The translations under genes were made by a program, and so were the position numbers. From positions 96,001-160,000 of the forward strand of contig CAWFGE010000019.1 in NCBI GenBank assembly GCA_963815195.1: DNA of 64,000 nt. The letters run 5' to 3'. The notes beneath the pieces were generated by a model. It had not been told where the DNA came from. It searched no databases and saw only the letters and a list, made by a program, of their open reading frames with translations. Position 1 is the stretch's first letter. The number at the start of each line of letters is the position of its first letter. The stretch comes from an uncultured Planctomycetaceae bacterium. GTDB taxonomy: Bacteria; Planctomycetota; Planctomycetia; Planctomycetales; Planctomycetaceae. Below, piece after piece: positions 1 to 11,109 of this stretch.

Positions 1-2578
1 AGGCCGTCGGTCCAGGGAGAGCGGATCGTGACCTGGCCCGGCTTGGCTTCTTCGAACTCATACGTCATCAGCAACTCATAGATCGCGCGTCCGCTCGGCA
101 GCCGATCTTTCTGTTGGCTCAAGGGGCGGATTTCCTTGGATTTTGGAGCGAGCAGCGTTTGGCTCGATGTATAGGAGGCGCGGGGGGCGATGCCCTCATC
201 CTGGAGCGGCGCGGAAAGATCGATCCGCGCGACCGGGCGGGACGGCGAGAGCGTCAGATGGTCTTCGGAGGAGTCGATGCCGTGGAAGGTCAAAGACCAT
301 TCGACCTCGGACTCTCCCAAGCTCGACCAGTACTGGGCGAGGCAGACTTCCAACGTCCGCCCGCCGACGATGGGAATGCTTTGGACCGCTTGGTTGCCCG
401 GCGAAAGCGAGAGAAACTTTCGCTGCGAATGTTCCTCGAACGAAGCCCCATCCACGAGTTGGACCGTGTGCAGCAAAAACCGCTGGCTGTCCGGCTGGTC
501 CCCCACGAGCTTGAGCGAAACGTCGGCCCACGTGGCTCCCTGCGGCGCGTGCAAAAATCGGCGTTCGATTTGGCCGGGTTTGAAAGACAGGGTCTCGGAA
601 ACGGACGAAGTCTCCGCCTGCATCGCCCGCAGGACCGTGATGGGCACTTTCGCGATCGGGCCGCGCGACGGATTGGCGGAATCGACGGCCTGGATCTCGG
701 CGTAATGGGCGCCCGGTTCGAGCCCGGTGGGATCGACTTTGACCTCGAACGATTGGCCGCTGCCCGCGAGATACAGGTTCGAGCCGACGCTCGCCCACGG
801 GGCGGTGGACCGCAGGCTCAGCCGCATTTCAAAGTCGATGCGTTTTTTTGCAGGCACCTTTTCGTGGAACACCGGTTCCATGTGAATCTGGTGCATGGAC
901 GGGGCGCTCGTCTCGGTCGGCTCTCTTAAATAAATCCCGCGGTCCTTGCCGCCGACGGCCGTCACTTTGATGCGAACATCCTCGCCGAGATCGCGGGCGT
1001 GTTCGATGAGATACTGAAAGGCTTTATCGACTTGAATCAATCCGCTGCCCTGCGCGAAGCGTTCTTTGGACTCGATCAACTCGGCCGTGTTTTTGAGAGC
1101 CCGCGCGATCCGCGCCGGCGAATAGGCAATCCTTTTGTCTTTGAGCCCGGAGAGCAACAGGGCGATCGCACCGCAGGCGTTGGGGGACGCCATGGACGTG
1201 CCGTTCATCCGCAGGTTGCGGGTGCGGGTGTAGTTGGGCACCGGGGCGACGGCTCCGCCGGGCGCGAAGAGATCGACGCCCAAGTCGCCGTCCGTGGTGG
1301 GGCCGCGCAAACTCCAGGTATAAGGCATCCCCAACAACGGTTCGCGCAGGGTGTAGGCGTTGGCCATCATCGCCGGCGAGATATAGGCCCCGATTCCGAG
1401 AAGCGACGAGGTCGTTCCGCCCGGCGCACCGACGGTGGAAAGAGCCGGGCCTTCGTTCCCGGCGCTCGCGACAAAGATCACGCCATGCCGATCGACGACC
1501 TCGGAAAATTGCTCCACAAGCCGGCCGTGGTTGGGATAGGAAGTGGGTTCGCCGTAGCTCATGTTGATGAGGTCGCATTGGTGATCGAGCACCGCGCGGA
1601 GTCCGCGCATCAGGGCCGGCCCGGTCTCCATGCCGCCCAATCGCGAGTGCCCGATCTTGATGGAGACGATCTGCGCCCGGGAGCAATCCCGTTGAGTTCG
1701 GGCTGCGAAGGAAGATTCGCCGCGACGATGCCCGCGACGTGCGTCCCATGCGAACCGCTGGGGGTCACGAGCGACAAGCGGGCACCGCCATCGGAGATGT
1801 TGATGGAAAAATTCAGCCGTTCTTGAAAGGGAAACGACGCATACTGCCGGTCCACGCGATAGTTTGCGAGCAGCGTTTCCTCGCGGAGGTCGCCGTCTTC
1901 GTCGGTATCGACGACGCCGCGCCACTGCGTCCCATCATGGAACACGACGCAATCGTATATCGGGCCGGGGTCGTCGATGTTCTTGACGGTCTGCAACTGT
2001 TCGAGTCGCGTTTCCAGCTCTTTTTTGGATTTGGTCGTCTTGCTATTCGCGATTTTCCGCCGGAGGTCTTCTTCGATCTTGGCGTTTTGTTTGAGGTACT
2101 CTTTGTTGCGGGCCGACTTGAGTTGGGAGACCAGTTCGGGCGGGAAAAAGTCGTATCCGCGCTTCCAACCGAGCCGATAGGTCGCCTTGGGGTTCTGCCA
2201 CTGGGGGTCGAGTTTCAGCGTGCGGCCGGTGAGCCCGGTGAGCGAATTGTCTTTGGCTTTTAAGGGGGCTTCGAGTTCGACGTCGCCGTCGCCCGTGCCG
2301 TCGATCAGGTCGAGGATTTTCGGCTGGCCGTCTGGTGTGGACTTGAGGCCGACGGCTCCCGGATCGACGCCGGTATCAAAGATGGCCACGACGACGCCCC
2401 GCCCATCATACTCCGGATGCTGTTTGAGAAACTTGAGAGCACCGATTTCTTGTTTGGGCAATAAGCCCGCGTGGGAGAAGGCCGATGCTGCCTCGGGCGG
2501 CGTTTGGGCCCACGCCGATTGCCAGGAAATCCAAGACAGGCCCACGCTCCAAATGAAAAAAACTTGCTTAGTCCACAC
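1..2578 (-). CDS. Tripeptidyl peptidase II-like S8 subtilase; runs off the window start; one frameshift at ~1676
   Basis: ORF 1610-2659 has PKQEIGA..YDGRGVVVAIFDTGVDPGA (Asp) and GSHGTHVAGI (His). After a missing G at GIAPG the next frame reads AQIVSIKIG..SAGNEGP..NGTSMASP (Ser) and continues open to base 1. Probable GTG start at 2578 with a signal-peptide-like N-terminus. Confidence 0.9.
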
Positions 2579-2878
2579 GATGAGGATTCCCGGATGAAAT
2601 ACACAGACTTTGATCGATGAACCGTAACGGCTCCATCGATTGTTAAGGATCACAACCAAAACTGCCAGCGGAAGCTGTCGCGCAAACAGGACAGGAAGTT
2701 TGCAAGCCTACACTCCAAAACACCGTCCTGGCCGGCGAATAGAAAAAAAACGCCCCGCCGAGGATGCCCGGCGAGAGAAATGGGAAAACTCCAATCGCGT
2801 TATTTTGGGTTGCGACGTATAATTGGGTTGGTTGAAAAGTCCCGTTTCTCTGGTTCGGAACCGCAGAAGGGATGAAAC

Positions 2879-3088
2879 ATGGCGATTTGGCATGTTTTGT
2901 TGTACACAGTGGCGACTGGACTCGCCTTGCGTTCGCTGGCGTCGCTGATGGCGCACCACAAGCAAAACTACGAGCGAATGCGGCGAAAGCGGCTTCAAAA
3001 ACCCGCAGGGCCTGGCTCGCCCCTGGAAAAGCCCGCGCAGGACGCCCCCAGTCCAGAGGCCGCCCGCCGCAAACCCACGGCGGCGTGA
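2879..3088 (+). CDS. Small hypothetical membrane protein (69 aa)
   Basis: Hydrophobic N-terminus followed by a basic tail; TATAAT at 2818-2823 upstream. Confidence 0.55.
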   Translation: MAIWHVLLYTVATGLALRSLASLMAHHKQNYERMRRKRLQKPAGPGSPLEKPAQDAPSPEAARRKPTAA

Positions 3089-3215
3089 CGTCGGCCCTCG
3101 GCGATGGATTTCTCCGTCCCGGCGATTTTTTCGCGGGCCGCGTTGAGAGGAACGCACTCGCCTTCTAAAATTGCGGTTTGGCAACGAAGACCTTTTCGTC
3201 CCAGAAACTGGAAAA

Positions 3216-3274
3216 AGAGCCGCGCACGCAGTCAGCGGACTCCGCGCAAATCCGCTGACGGCGTGCGCGGCTCT
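3216..3274. repeat. REP-like palindrome
   Basis: agagccgcgcacgcagtcagcgga ... tccgctgacggcgtgcgcggctct, a 24-bp near-perfect inverted repeat upstream of miaB. Confidence 0.7.
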
Positions 3275-3309
3275 GCAGGCGACACACTTGGCGTTTGGAT
3301 CAGGCCGTT

Positions 3310-4787
3310 ATGACAGACACCGGCAAAGCCCCCCACAATTTTAAGCTCTACATCGAAACCGTCGGCTGCCAGATGAATATGCTGGACAGCGAACTCGTCG
3401 TGGGGGCATCCGCAAACACGGCTACGAGCTGACCCAAGACGTCCGCGAAGCCGACACGGTCCTGTTCAACACCTGCAGCGTCCGCGAACATGCCGAGCAC
3501 AAAATCTACAGCCAACTGGGCCGTTTGAAGCACAGCAAAAAAGGCCGGCCGCAGCAGGTCATCGGCGTCATGGGCTGCATGGCTCAGAAAGATCAAGAGC
3601 TGATATTCGACCGGGCCCCGCATGTCGACATGGTGGTGGGCACCGGCCAGTTGGCGGAGATTCCCGCATTGATCGACCAGGCCCGCGCCCATCGCAACCG
3701 GGAAGTCGCCGTCAGTTTGGGCCGGCGGGACGGCTCGCGGGTGGAAGTCTCGGCGAGCTTTCAAAGCTACGATCCCCTCCGCGAGCCGGAAATGCGGCCT
3801 TCGCCTTTCCAGGCCTTCGTGCGGATTATGATCGGCTGCGACAAGTTCTGCACGTACTGCGTCGTGCCCATGACCCGCGGCCCCGAGCAAAGCCGGGCTC
3901 CCAGCGAAATCGCCCGCGAGGTCGAAGTGCTCGCCGGGCAAGGCGTGAAGGAAGTCACGCTGTTGGGCCAGACGGTCAACAGCTACAAGCACACCGAAAA
4001 CGGCCGGCGGTATCGGCTCTCCGATCTCTTGGAAAAAATCCACGACACGGCGGGCATCTTGCGGCTGAAGTTCGTCACCAACTATCCCAAGGACATGACG
4101 ACCGATCTCTTGGAAGCGATCCGCGATCTGCCCAAGTGCAGCCATTACTTGCACGTGCCGCTGCAGTCGGGCTGCGACCGCGTGCTTGAGGTAATGAAGC
4201 GGGGCTATACGGTCGCGGATTACCGCGAGATGATGCACCGCATCGAAGAGATCACGCCCGGCCATGCGGTGTCCAGCGATTTTATCGTGGGACATCCCGG
4301 CGAGACGGAGGAATCCTACCAGAAAAGCCTGGACGCGATTCGCGAATGGCGGTTCAAGAACAGTTTTATCTTCAAATACAGTCCCCGGCCCGGCACCAAG
4401 GCTTACGAGCTTCTGGCGGACGAGATTCCCGAAGATGTGAAGCGCCGGCGGAACGTGGAGATGCTGGAGCTTCAAAACGAGATCAGCGAGGAAGACAACG
4501 CGGCATTCATCGGCGAGACGGTGGACGTTTTGGTGGAAGGCCCCAGCAAAGCCACGGTGAAAGCCGAGGTTCGCGGCGACACGGCGGAGAATTCCACCGA
4601 CCCGAAAGCGCAATTGGTGGGCCGGACCCGCTGCGATCGGATCGTGGTCTTCGACGGCAACCGCCGGCTCGCGGGCAGCATGGCCCGGATCGCGATCCAC
4701 GATTGCACAGCGACCACGCTCGTCGGGTCGATCGTCACCCGCGAATACCAGCACGGCAGCTCGGAGCTTCTGCCGATTTTGCAGTAA
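3310..4787 (+). CDS. miaB: tRNA-2-methylthio-N6-dimethylallyladenosine synthase MiaB; frameshift at ~3405
   Basis: N-terminal KLYIETVGCQMN, then in another frame FNTCSVRE and GCMAQ; radical SAM motif GCDKFCTYCVVP; C-terminal TRAM-like region. Confidence 0.93.
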
Positions 4788-5240
4788 CTACCCGTTGCGC
4801 TGCAGGTTGATTTCGCTGATCTGGCCGTTCAAGGTCCAAAGGTCATACAGCCAGCCGATGCCGACCAGTCCTCCGGTACAAAGGTAAATCAGGCCGGTGA
4901 CCCATTTCCCCATGTAGAACCGGTGGACGCCGAACATTCCCAGGAACGTCAGCAGAATCCAGGCGACGTTGTAATCGATCGGCCCCGCTGCGTATTCCAC
5001 GTCGGCCTCGCGGTCCATGCCCGGGATCAGGACCAGGTCGATCAGCCAGCCGATGCCCAACAGTCCCGCGGTGAAGAACCAGATCGTTCCGGTGATCTGC
5101 TTCCCGAAGTAGAACCGATGGGCTCCCATGAAACCGAAGATCCACAGGACGTAGCCCATCACCGCCGAGTGCGAATCGTGCGGATGCACGGCGGGGGACG
5201 CTCCGGCCGATCCCTGATGGCTTGTGTTCGCGCGTGTCAT
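4788..5240 (-). CDS. TM2-domain membrane protein (two TM2 repeats)
   Basis: GFMGAHRFYFGK..GLLGIGWLID and GMFGVHRFYMGK..GLVGIGWLYD; ATG at 5240. Confidence 0.88.
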   Translation of the reverse strand: MTRANTSHQGSAGASPAVHPHDSHSAVMGYVLWIFGFMGAHRFYFGKQITGTIWFFTAGLLGIGWLIDLVLIPGMDREADVEYAAGPIDYNVAWILLTFLGMFGVHRFYMGKWVTGLIYLCTGGLVGIGWLYDLWTLNGQISEINLQRNG

Positions 5241-5336
5241 AATGCATTGCCGGCGGGGAACCGGCTCCTCCTTTCCTGTTCTCAGCCCCAGGGGAAAAGG
5301 CTTCCCCGCGTGTTCGAGGAATCCAAGACAAGACGG

Positions 5337-5353
5337 TGCAATGTTCATGCCAA
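5337..5353 (-). promoter_or_regulatory. Sigma54 (-24/-12) promoter for the TM2 gene
   Basis: Minus strand TTGGCATGAACATTGCA fits TGGCAC-N5-TTGCW (one mismatch) with exact GG-N10-GC spacing, about 100 bp upstream of the ATG. Confidence 0.7.
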
Positions 5354-5530
5354 GCCCCGACGGGTGGTTATCCCCAACCGGTATTGGCGGCTGAGCTTTC
5401 AGGCTGGCAGAACAGCGAACAATTACCGGTTCTTCCACCAATTGGGGGGAACGGCGCGAAAGCACCGCGCCAGGCGGTTCGTCACGGAAGATGTTCGCCG
5501 TGCGCCGAGGTCACAAACGACGTCGCCGGC

Positions 5531-6649
5531 TTATGTCTGCGTGAGGTCGTACAGCCAGGCTCCGAGCATGCCGGTGAGAATCGGCGACGCCCAGGCCGCG
5601 AGGTCGGCGGGGATCCAATTCACGCGGCCGCAGTAGAGAAACGCCTGCGTCAATGCGTAAATCCCTCCCAGCACGCCCGCGCAAATGGCCATGTTCGTGA
5701 CCAGGCCCCGGCTCTCCTTGCGGAGAACGATCGGCACCGCGATGAATACGCAGAGCACGTTGGCGATCGGCGTCACCAGCCGCTCGTGCAAGTGCATGAT
5801 CTGCCCCTTCACCGACGCCGTGCCGTAGGCGGGATTGCGAATCCGCCGAATCAACTCCGGCGTGCCCACGTACTGGTAGCTTTTGTTCCGATCGCTCAGT
5901 TGATCGAAGCTGACGTCCGTGACGACGAACACATCACGCGGATCGGGCATCGGCTTCACGATCCGCTGCCCCACGGTCGTGAGCGCCAACTCGGAGAAAT
6001 GCGGCGTCACATTGTGCAAATGCCAGCCCGCCGGCCGGTCTTTTGTCTTCTTGTGGTAGGTGGCTTCCTTCGCGTTGAGCGTCGTCAGATCCACGGCGAC
6101 TTCTGGGACGGGCAGCACGAAATTGGCCCCCTCCAACCGCTGGTCTTCCAAAAACAGCTCCGTGCCGTCGATGCGGATGTGGCTGCGGTAATCGTAGATC
6201 GGCTCGACATCTTTGCCGGCTTCGTTCGGCTCGGTGCGGTCCGCCTGCAAGACATAGGCAATTCGGGGGATGACGTATTCCTGATTGAACACGATCAACC
6301 CGTTGACGAGCATGGTTCCGATCACAAACGGCCGCACGAGCCGGAACGTGGGAATCCCCGCGGCCAGGATCGGGGCGATCTCGCAGTTCTTCTGCAAGAG
6401 GCCGAATACGACAATCACCGACACCACCGAGACAATCGCACCGAGCATCTCGAAGAAGGGGCTGAAATGGTAGGCGTAATAGGTCGCCATCGCCTGCATG
6501 ACGATCAGCGGATCGTCTGAGACCTCCTGGTATTCATCGATGTTGGTGAACCCGTCGATCACCACATACAGGCCGTACAAACTCACCAGCAGGATCAAGA
6601 ACACATGCAGGTAGCGACGCAGCAGGTAGCGGTCGAATGTGCTGAGCAT
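5531..6649 (-). CDS. LptF/LptG family LPS export permease
   Basis: MLSTFDRYLLRRYL start, EIAPILAAGIPTFRLVRP motif, three plus three TM helices, AAWASP near the C-terminus. Confidence 0.85.
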   Translation of the reverse strand: MLSTFDRYLLRRYLHVFLILLVSLYGLYVVIDGFTNIDEYQEVSDDPLIVMQAMATYYAYHFSPFFEMLGAIVSVVSVIVVFGLLQKNCEIAPILAAGIPTFRLVRPFVIGTMLVNGLIVFNQEYVIPRIAYVLQADRTEPNEAGKDVEPIYDYRSHIRIDGTELFLEDQRLEGANFVLPVPEVAVDLTTLNAKEATYHKKTKDRPAGWHLHNVTPHFSELALTTVGQRIVKPMPDPRDVFVVTDVSFDQLSDRNKSYQYVGTPELIRRIRNPAYGTASVKGQIMHLHERLVTPIANVLCVFIAVPIVLRKESRGLVTNMAICAGVLGGIYALTQAFLYCGRVNWIPADLAAWASPILTGMLGAWLYDLTQT

Positions 6650-6851
6650 AAGCCGGCCGTTCCGGGGGAAATCGGAGAAGGGGAGATCGGGAGAAGGGGA
6701 GATCGGGAGACGATCCGAAACCTTCCCGTCTTGCCCTGCAAAATCGCGCGGCGGATTACAAGCCAATTCGCGGCAAGGGTCAAGGCCAGATTGGAAGCTG
6801 CGGAGACTGGGCCAAATTGTGAAACCCGTCGCCAACCGGGGCGGTCGGAGT

Positions 6852-6880
6852 TTGACGCGGTGTGAGGCGTTCTCTATGCT
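6852..6880 (+). promoter_or_regulatory. Sigma70-type promoter
   Basis: TTGACG-17 bp-TATGCT, about 60 bp upstream of the ATG at 6944. Confidence 0.6.
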
Positions 6881-6943
6881 CCAAGGCAGAGACAAATCCC
6901 CCCTTTGGCGTATCGTCCCCCATCACGGAGCGCAGCAACGGTC

Positions 6944-8608
6944 ATGGAACAGGTACAGAAATCTTCGCGCCGGCGTTGGATCGGCTTGCTGGTCATTGTG
7001 GCGGTCTGGGTGATTGGGGGCGTCCTCCAAGCGGTGCTTTGGGACCACTTCGCCGACAACCGCACCACGCAAGTGATGAGCGTGTACATCATCGTCCCCA
7101 CCGCGGTGTTTTGCACGCTCGTGTGGTTTACGTTTTTTTCGGGGCTTCGCGTCGTCACCAAACTCGCGACGTTCGGTTTCCTTGGGCTCTGCGGCCTGGC
7201 CTTTGTCGGAGCGTTTCGCTTTCAGGGGTTTGACGGCGATTTCGTTCCGCGATTCACCCCGCGCTGGAAAATGACGGCGGAGGAAAAATTCCTCGCGGCC
7301 CGCCGGGCCGAAGCGGAATACGAAGGCGATCCCCCGATTCTGGAAAATGCGGACAAACCGCTTGCGATCCAACCGGGCGATTGGCCGCAGTTTCGCGGTC
7401 CCGAAGGCAACGGCGCGGTGACGGGCGTCCCATTGAAAACCGACTGGGAAGACGGGCCGCCAGCTTCGGTGTGGCGAAAGCGCGTGGGGCCGGCCTGGTC
7501 GTCGTTTGCGGTCGTCGACGGCCTGGTGTTTACACAAATGCAGATCGGCGAGAACGAGAGCGTCGTCTGCTGCGACCTGGAAACCGGCAAGGAAGTCTGG
7601 GTGCACAAAGACGAAGGCGTCCGATTTGAAGAAGCGCGGGCCGGCGTCGGTCCGATGGGCACGCCGACGTTTTACCAAGGCCGGCTTTATACATTGGGGG
7701 CCACGGGCATTCTCAATTGTCTCGATCCCAAAACCGGCCAGAAGTTCTGGTCCACGAACATCCTCAAAGATGCCCATGCCGAGAACCTCACCTGGGGGAT
7801 GGCCGGTTCGCCGTTCGCTTATGAGGGGAAGATCATCGTGAACCCCGGCAGCGACGGCGAACACGACAGTTCCGTTGCCGCGTACGATTGGGAGACCGGC
7901 AAAAAACTCTGGTCAGGCGGCCGAAACCCCGCGAGTTATAGCACGCCGGTCGTGGCGACGGTCGACGGCGTCGAGCAGGTTCTGATGTTCGACGGCCTGG
8001 GATTGACCGGGCACAGCCTTCAGGATGGCTCGCCGCTTTGGCACAAGGAGTGGAAGAACATGCACAATATCAACGTGGCGAAACCCATCCTGCGGGACGA
8101 TGGCGCGATCTTCATCAGCACGAGCTACGGCGAGGGCAGCGCGCTTTTGCGCGTCGCCCGCGATGAAGCCGGCAAGTGGAAGAAGCCCGAAGAGACCGAT
8201 TGGAAAACCAATCGCACGTTCAAGCTCAAATTCGGCGACGCCGTCGTCCAGGACGGTTTGATGTACGGGCTGAGCGAAGGCATTCTGACCTGCCTGGATC
8301 TCAAGACCGGCAAAATCGTTTGGCGGGAACGCGGGGACTTTGGGTTCGGGCAGCTCATTCTCGTTGACGGCGTGCTGGTCATCCTTTCGGAGGAAGGCGA
8401 AGTCGTGCTGATCGAAGCCTCCAAGAAACATCCGGAACTGCTTAGATTCCAGGCCATCCAAGGCAAAACCTGGGGACACCCCGCGTATGCCCACGGCCGG
8501 CTTTTGGTGCGGAACGCAGAAGAAATGGCCTGCTACGATTTGCGTCCCGCGAAATCGGCCTCCGCGGAGGACGCCGCCCTGCCCGCCCAAGAAGAGCGGG
8601 CGAATTAG
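6944..8608 (+). CDS. Membrane-anchored PQQ-like beta-propeller protein (BamB-like)
   Basis: Three N-terminal TM segments; DWPQFRGP motif; repeated CLDxxTGKxxW blades; ends TWGHPAYAHGRLLVRN. Confidence 0.88.
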   Translation: MEQVQKSSRRRWIGLLVIVAVWVIGGVLQAVLWDHFADNRTTQVMSVYIIVPTAVFCTLVWFTFFSGLRVVTKLATFGFLGLCGLAFVGAFRFQGFDGDFVPRFTPRWKMTAEEKFLAARRAEAEYEGDPPILENADKPLAIQPGDWPQFRGPEGNGAVTGVPLKTDWEDGPPASVWRKRVGPAWSSFAVVDGLVFTQMQIGENESVVCCDLETGKEVWVHKDEGVRFEEARAGVGPMGTPTFYQGRLYTLGATGILNCLDPKTGQKFWSTNILKDAHAENLTWGMAGSPFAYEGKIIVNPGSDGEHDSSVAAYDWETGKKLWSGGRNPASYSTPVVATVDGVEQVLMFDGLGLTGHSLQDGSPLWHKEWKNMHNINVAKPILRDDGAIFISTSYGEGSALLRVARDEAGKWKKPEETDWKTNRTFKLKFGDAVVQDGLMYGLSEGILTCLDLKTGKIVWRERGDFGFGQLILVDGVLVILSEEGEVVLIEASKKHPELLRFQAIQGKTWGHPAYAHGRLLVRNAEEMACYDLRPAKSASAEDAALPAQEERAN

Positions 8609-8733
8609 GCCTCCGGTTTGCACGATCGTGACGGGAATGGCGGCGGCCTGGAGAGATGTGAAGTCGGTTGCTCTCGGCAAACGATAGTCAGGGATAAAGG
8701 TTTTCTTTATCTGCAAACTTTCGCCAGACGCCG

Positions 8734-10353
8734 ATGGCCGCACCGCTCGCAAAAACCTTCCAAACCCTCACCACCACCGCCAATCCGTTTGCGGGGGAGG
8801 TGCTCGTGGCGGCGCTCGATGTTCCCCTCCCGAGCATTCAACGGGAAGCGGTCAAATCGCTGGTCAGCCGGGGCGCGGTCCGGGAACAGATGGAGGCCAT
8901 TCGCCGGTATCGAGAATTCCCCGCCGCGGTCCGCCGGGAGTTGGAAGAATCCGCCCAATCGCTCGTTCCCGCCCTGCGCCACAGCCTGTTGGTCGGCCGC
9001 GGCGAATTGGAGCGGGCCGCCTTGGAACTCACCCGCGCGGGAGAAGCCTACGGCGTCATCGAGGACTTGCTGGGCGTGCTTCGCGGGGCGAATGCGGAGC
9101 TTCAAACCGAAGCGGTCGAAACGCTCCGCCATCTGGTGAACCGGTTGTATGGGCATCTGCACGGGCACCAGACATCGGAATCGGCCAGTCTGAGGAACGC
9201 GTCCCAGATCCAGCATTTGACATTGACGGCCTTGGTCGAGGCCTGCCAATACTTTCACGAATTGGCATACCCGGAGGGCGTCGTCGAATCCATTCTGGCT
9301 TTGGGAGGGCCGGGCCACGCCGCTTCGCAAAACGTCCTCAGCCAAGGCAGCGTGGAGTGCCGATCGCTCGCGCGGGAACTCCTGCAAACGAGCCGGCATC
9401 CGGGCGTGATGCGGTTTCTGTTGGATTCGTTCTCGCGGACGTTTCTGCCCCCGAAAGTCGTCGATAGCGTCCAGACCCGCACCGATCCGGAGTTTATCCT
9501 GGCGACGCTGCGGTGGATGCCCAAACGCTTATCGGCGACGCAAGAGCGGAACCTCCGGCAAATCGAGCACATTGCCTGGCTGACCGGGCGCGAAGAGGCC
9601 CTCGAACTCATCCCCGAAGAATTGCAGACGGCGTTGCTGCGGTTCATCGCGGCCACCGGCCTGGACCGGGATCTCAAGACGGCGGTGCGGGAATGGATCG
9701 TCCGCCACGGCTGCCCGGAAGCCCGCAACGAAGCCATCGCGGTCTTGGACGAACTGGACAACGAGACGGTGCAAGAGATCGTGCTGGACGGGTTGGATTC
9801 CGATGATCCCAGCGTCCAGGCCTGGGCCACGGGGCAACTCCGCCCGCAGCACGTTCCCGATGCGCTCAACAAACTGATCGCCCGGCTGGACAGCCCCGAG
9901 GCGTCCGTGCAGGCCGTCGCCCGCCAGGAATTGCAGGGCTTCGATCTGGAATGCCTCCTGTCGCGGTTTGAGGAAATGTCGCCGGAAGCCCGCGCGAACG
10001 CCGGGGCTTTGCTCAAGAAAATCAATCCCAATTATCTTTCCGACCTGACCCACGAGCTAGAGCATCCCATCCGCCGGCATCGCCTGCGGGCCGTGCGCGG
10101 CGCGTTGGCCTTTGGCTGGCATTTGCAGATGTTTCCGTCGCTGTTCCCGTTAATCAACGATGAGGACACGGTCATTCGTCGGGCGGCGATCGAGGTGCTC
10201 GGACACATTCCCGCTCCGGAAAGCATCGCGGCCCTCGTTGCCTTAAAAAACGATCCCAGCGTACGCGTCCGCGAATCCGTCAAGCGCGCCCTCGCCAACA
10301 TCCGCACTCAGGAACTGCTCGACGTGCCCTTGGAGTCCCTGCGCTCGTCCTGA
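8734..10353 (+). CDS. HEAT-repeat protein
   Basis: Helical repeats such as LDSDDPSVQAWA, DEDTVIRRAAIEVLG, NDPSVRVRESVKRAL. Confidence 0.85.
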   Translation: MAAPLAKTFQTLTTTANPFAGEVLVAALDVPLPSIQREAVKSLVSRGAVREQMEAIRRYREFPAAVRRELEESAQSLVPALRHSLLVGRGELERAALELTRAGEAYGVIEDLLGVLRGANAELQTEAVETLRHLVNRLYGHLHGHQTSESASLRNASQIQHLTLTALVEACQYFHELAYPEGVVESILALGGPGHAASQNVLSQGSVECRSLARELLQTSRHPGVMRFLLDSFSRTFLPPKVVDSVQTRTDPEFILATLRWMPKRLSATQERNLRQIEHIAWLTGREEALELIPEELQTALLRFIAATGLDRDLKTAVREWIVRHGCPEARNEAIAVLDELDNETVQEIVLDGLDSDDPSVQAWATGQLRPQHVPDALNKLIARLDSPEASVQAVARQELQGFDLECLLSRFEEMSPEARANAGALLKKINPNYLSDLTHELEHPIRRHRLRAVRGALAFGWHLQMFPSLFPLINDEDTVIRRAAIEVLGHIPAPESIAALVALKNDPSVRVRESVKRALANIRTQELLDVPLESLRSS

Positions 10354-10364
10354 AATCCACCGGT

Positions 10365-10516
10365 CGAAAAATCCGAATCTCGAAAGTCGAAACAAAATCC
10401 AATGACTGAGATCTCAACCTCCAAACCCTGCGAACCAGGTGGATTTCATCAATCTGCGATTCGAGGGATTTATTTGAGACATTCGGATCTGGAATTATGG
10501 ATTTGCTTCGGATTTG
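10365..10516. repeat. Degenerate heptamer-based inverted repeat
   Basis: aaatccgaatctcgaaagtcgaaacaaaatcc on the left and ttcggatctggaattatggatttgcttcggatttg on the right; a related left arm occurs at ~31645-31675. Confidence 0.5.
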
Positions 10517-10587
10517 CACCAGAGAACGCGCAGAGTTGCGCACGCTGATTTCACCGCCGACATACGATTCCGTCGTGAGGACTCCCC

Positions 10588-11103
10588 ATGATCCCCGCCG
10601 CCTTCCGCTTCGAGTTTTGCTTCAGCCTCGCCGGTGCCGACCGGCTGGCCGATGCGGCGGCATCCGTTCTTGCGTTCGCGACAACCGTGGATATTTCCAA
10701 TTCCGTCAATCGCTGGTTTCGGCGGTCGGGTTCGCTTTCGGAAAACGGCATCCTCATCGGGATCGTGCTGGCGATTGTGTCGCTTTGGATGGGGCTCTAT
10801 TTTTGGGACCGATCCCGCAAACCAAAACGCGGGGCCGGGCTCGACCGCGAAGGACTGTTCACGCAGCTTTGCCAATTGCACAAACTCTCCCGCGCCGAAC
10901 GGCAACTCCTCAAGACCGCGGCCAAATTCCACAGGCTCGACCAGCCGGCGCTCGCGTTCGTCAATCCGAACATCCTGCTGGACTATGCCGAAGCCTCCCC
11001 CGGCGTCACCTTGGAAGTGCGGGCGCTCGTGGACCGGCTCTACGGCGACGGCCTCATTCAAGAAATCGTCGATCAAACCATCGCCATCCGACACGCTCCG
11101 TAA
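10588..11103 (+). CDS. Hypothetical single-TM membrane protein
   Basis: 171-aa ORF with gagga RBS-like site; TM segment ILIGIVLAIVSLWMGLYFW. Confidence 0.7.
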   Translation: MIPAAFRFEFCFSLAGADRLADAAASVLAFATTVDISNSVNRWFRRSGSLSENGILIGIVLAIVSLWMGLYFWDRSRKPKRGAGLDREGLFTQLCQLHKLSRAERQLLKTAAKFHRLDQPALAFVNPNILLDYAEASPGVTLEVRALVDRLYGDGLIQEIVDQTIAIRHAP

Positions 11104-11109
11104 CGGCGG

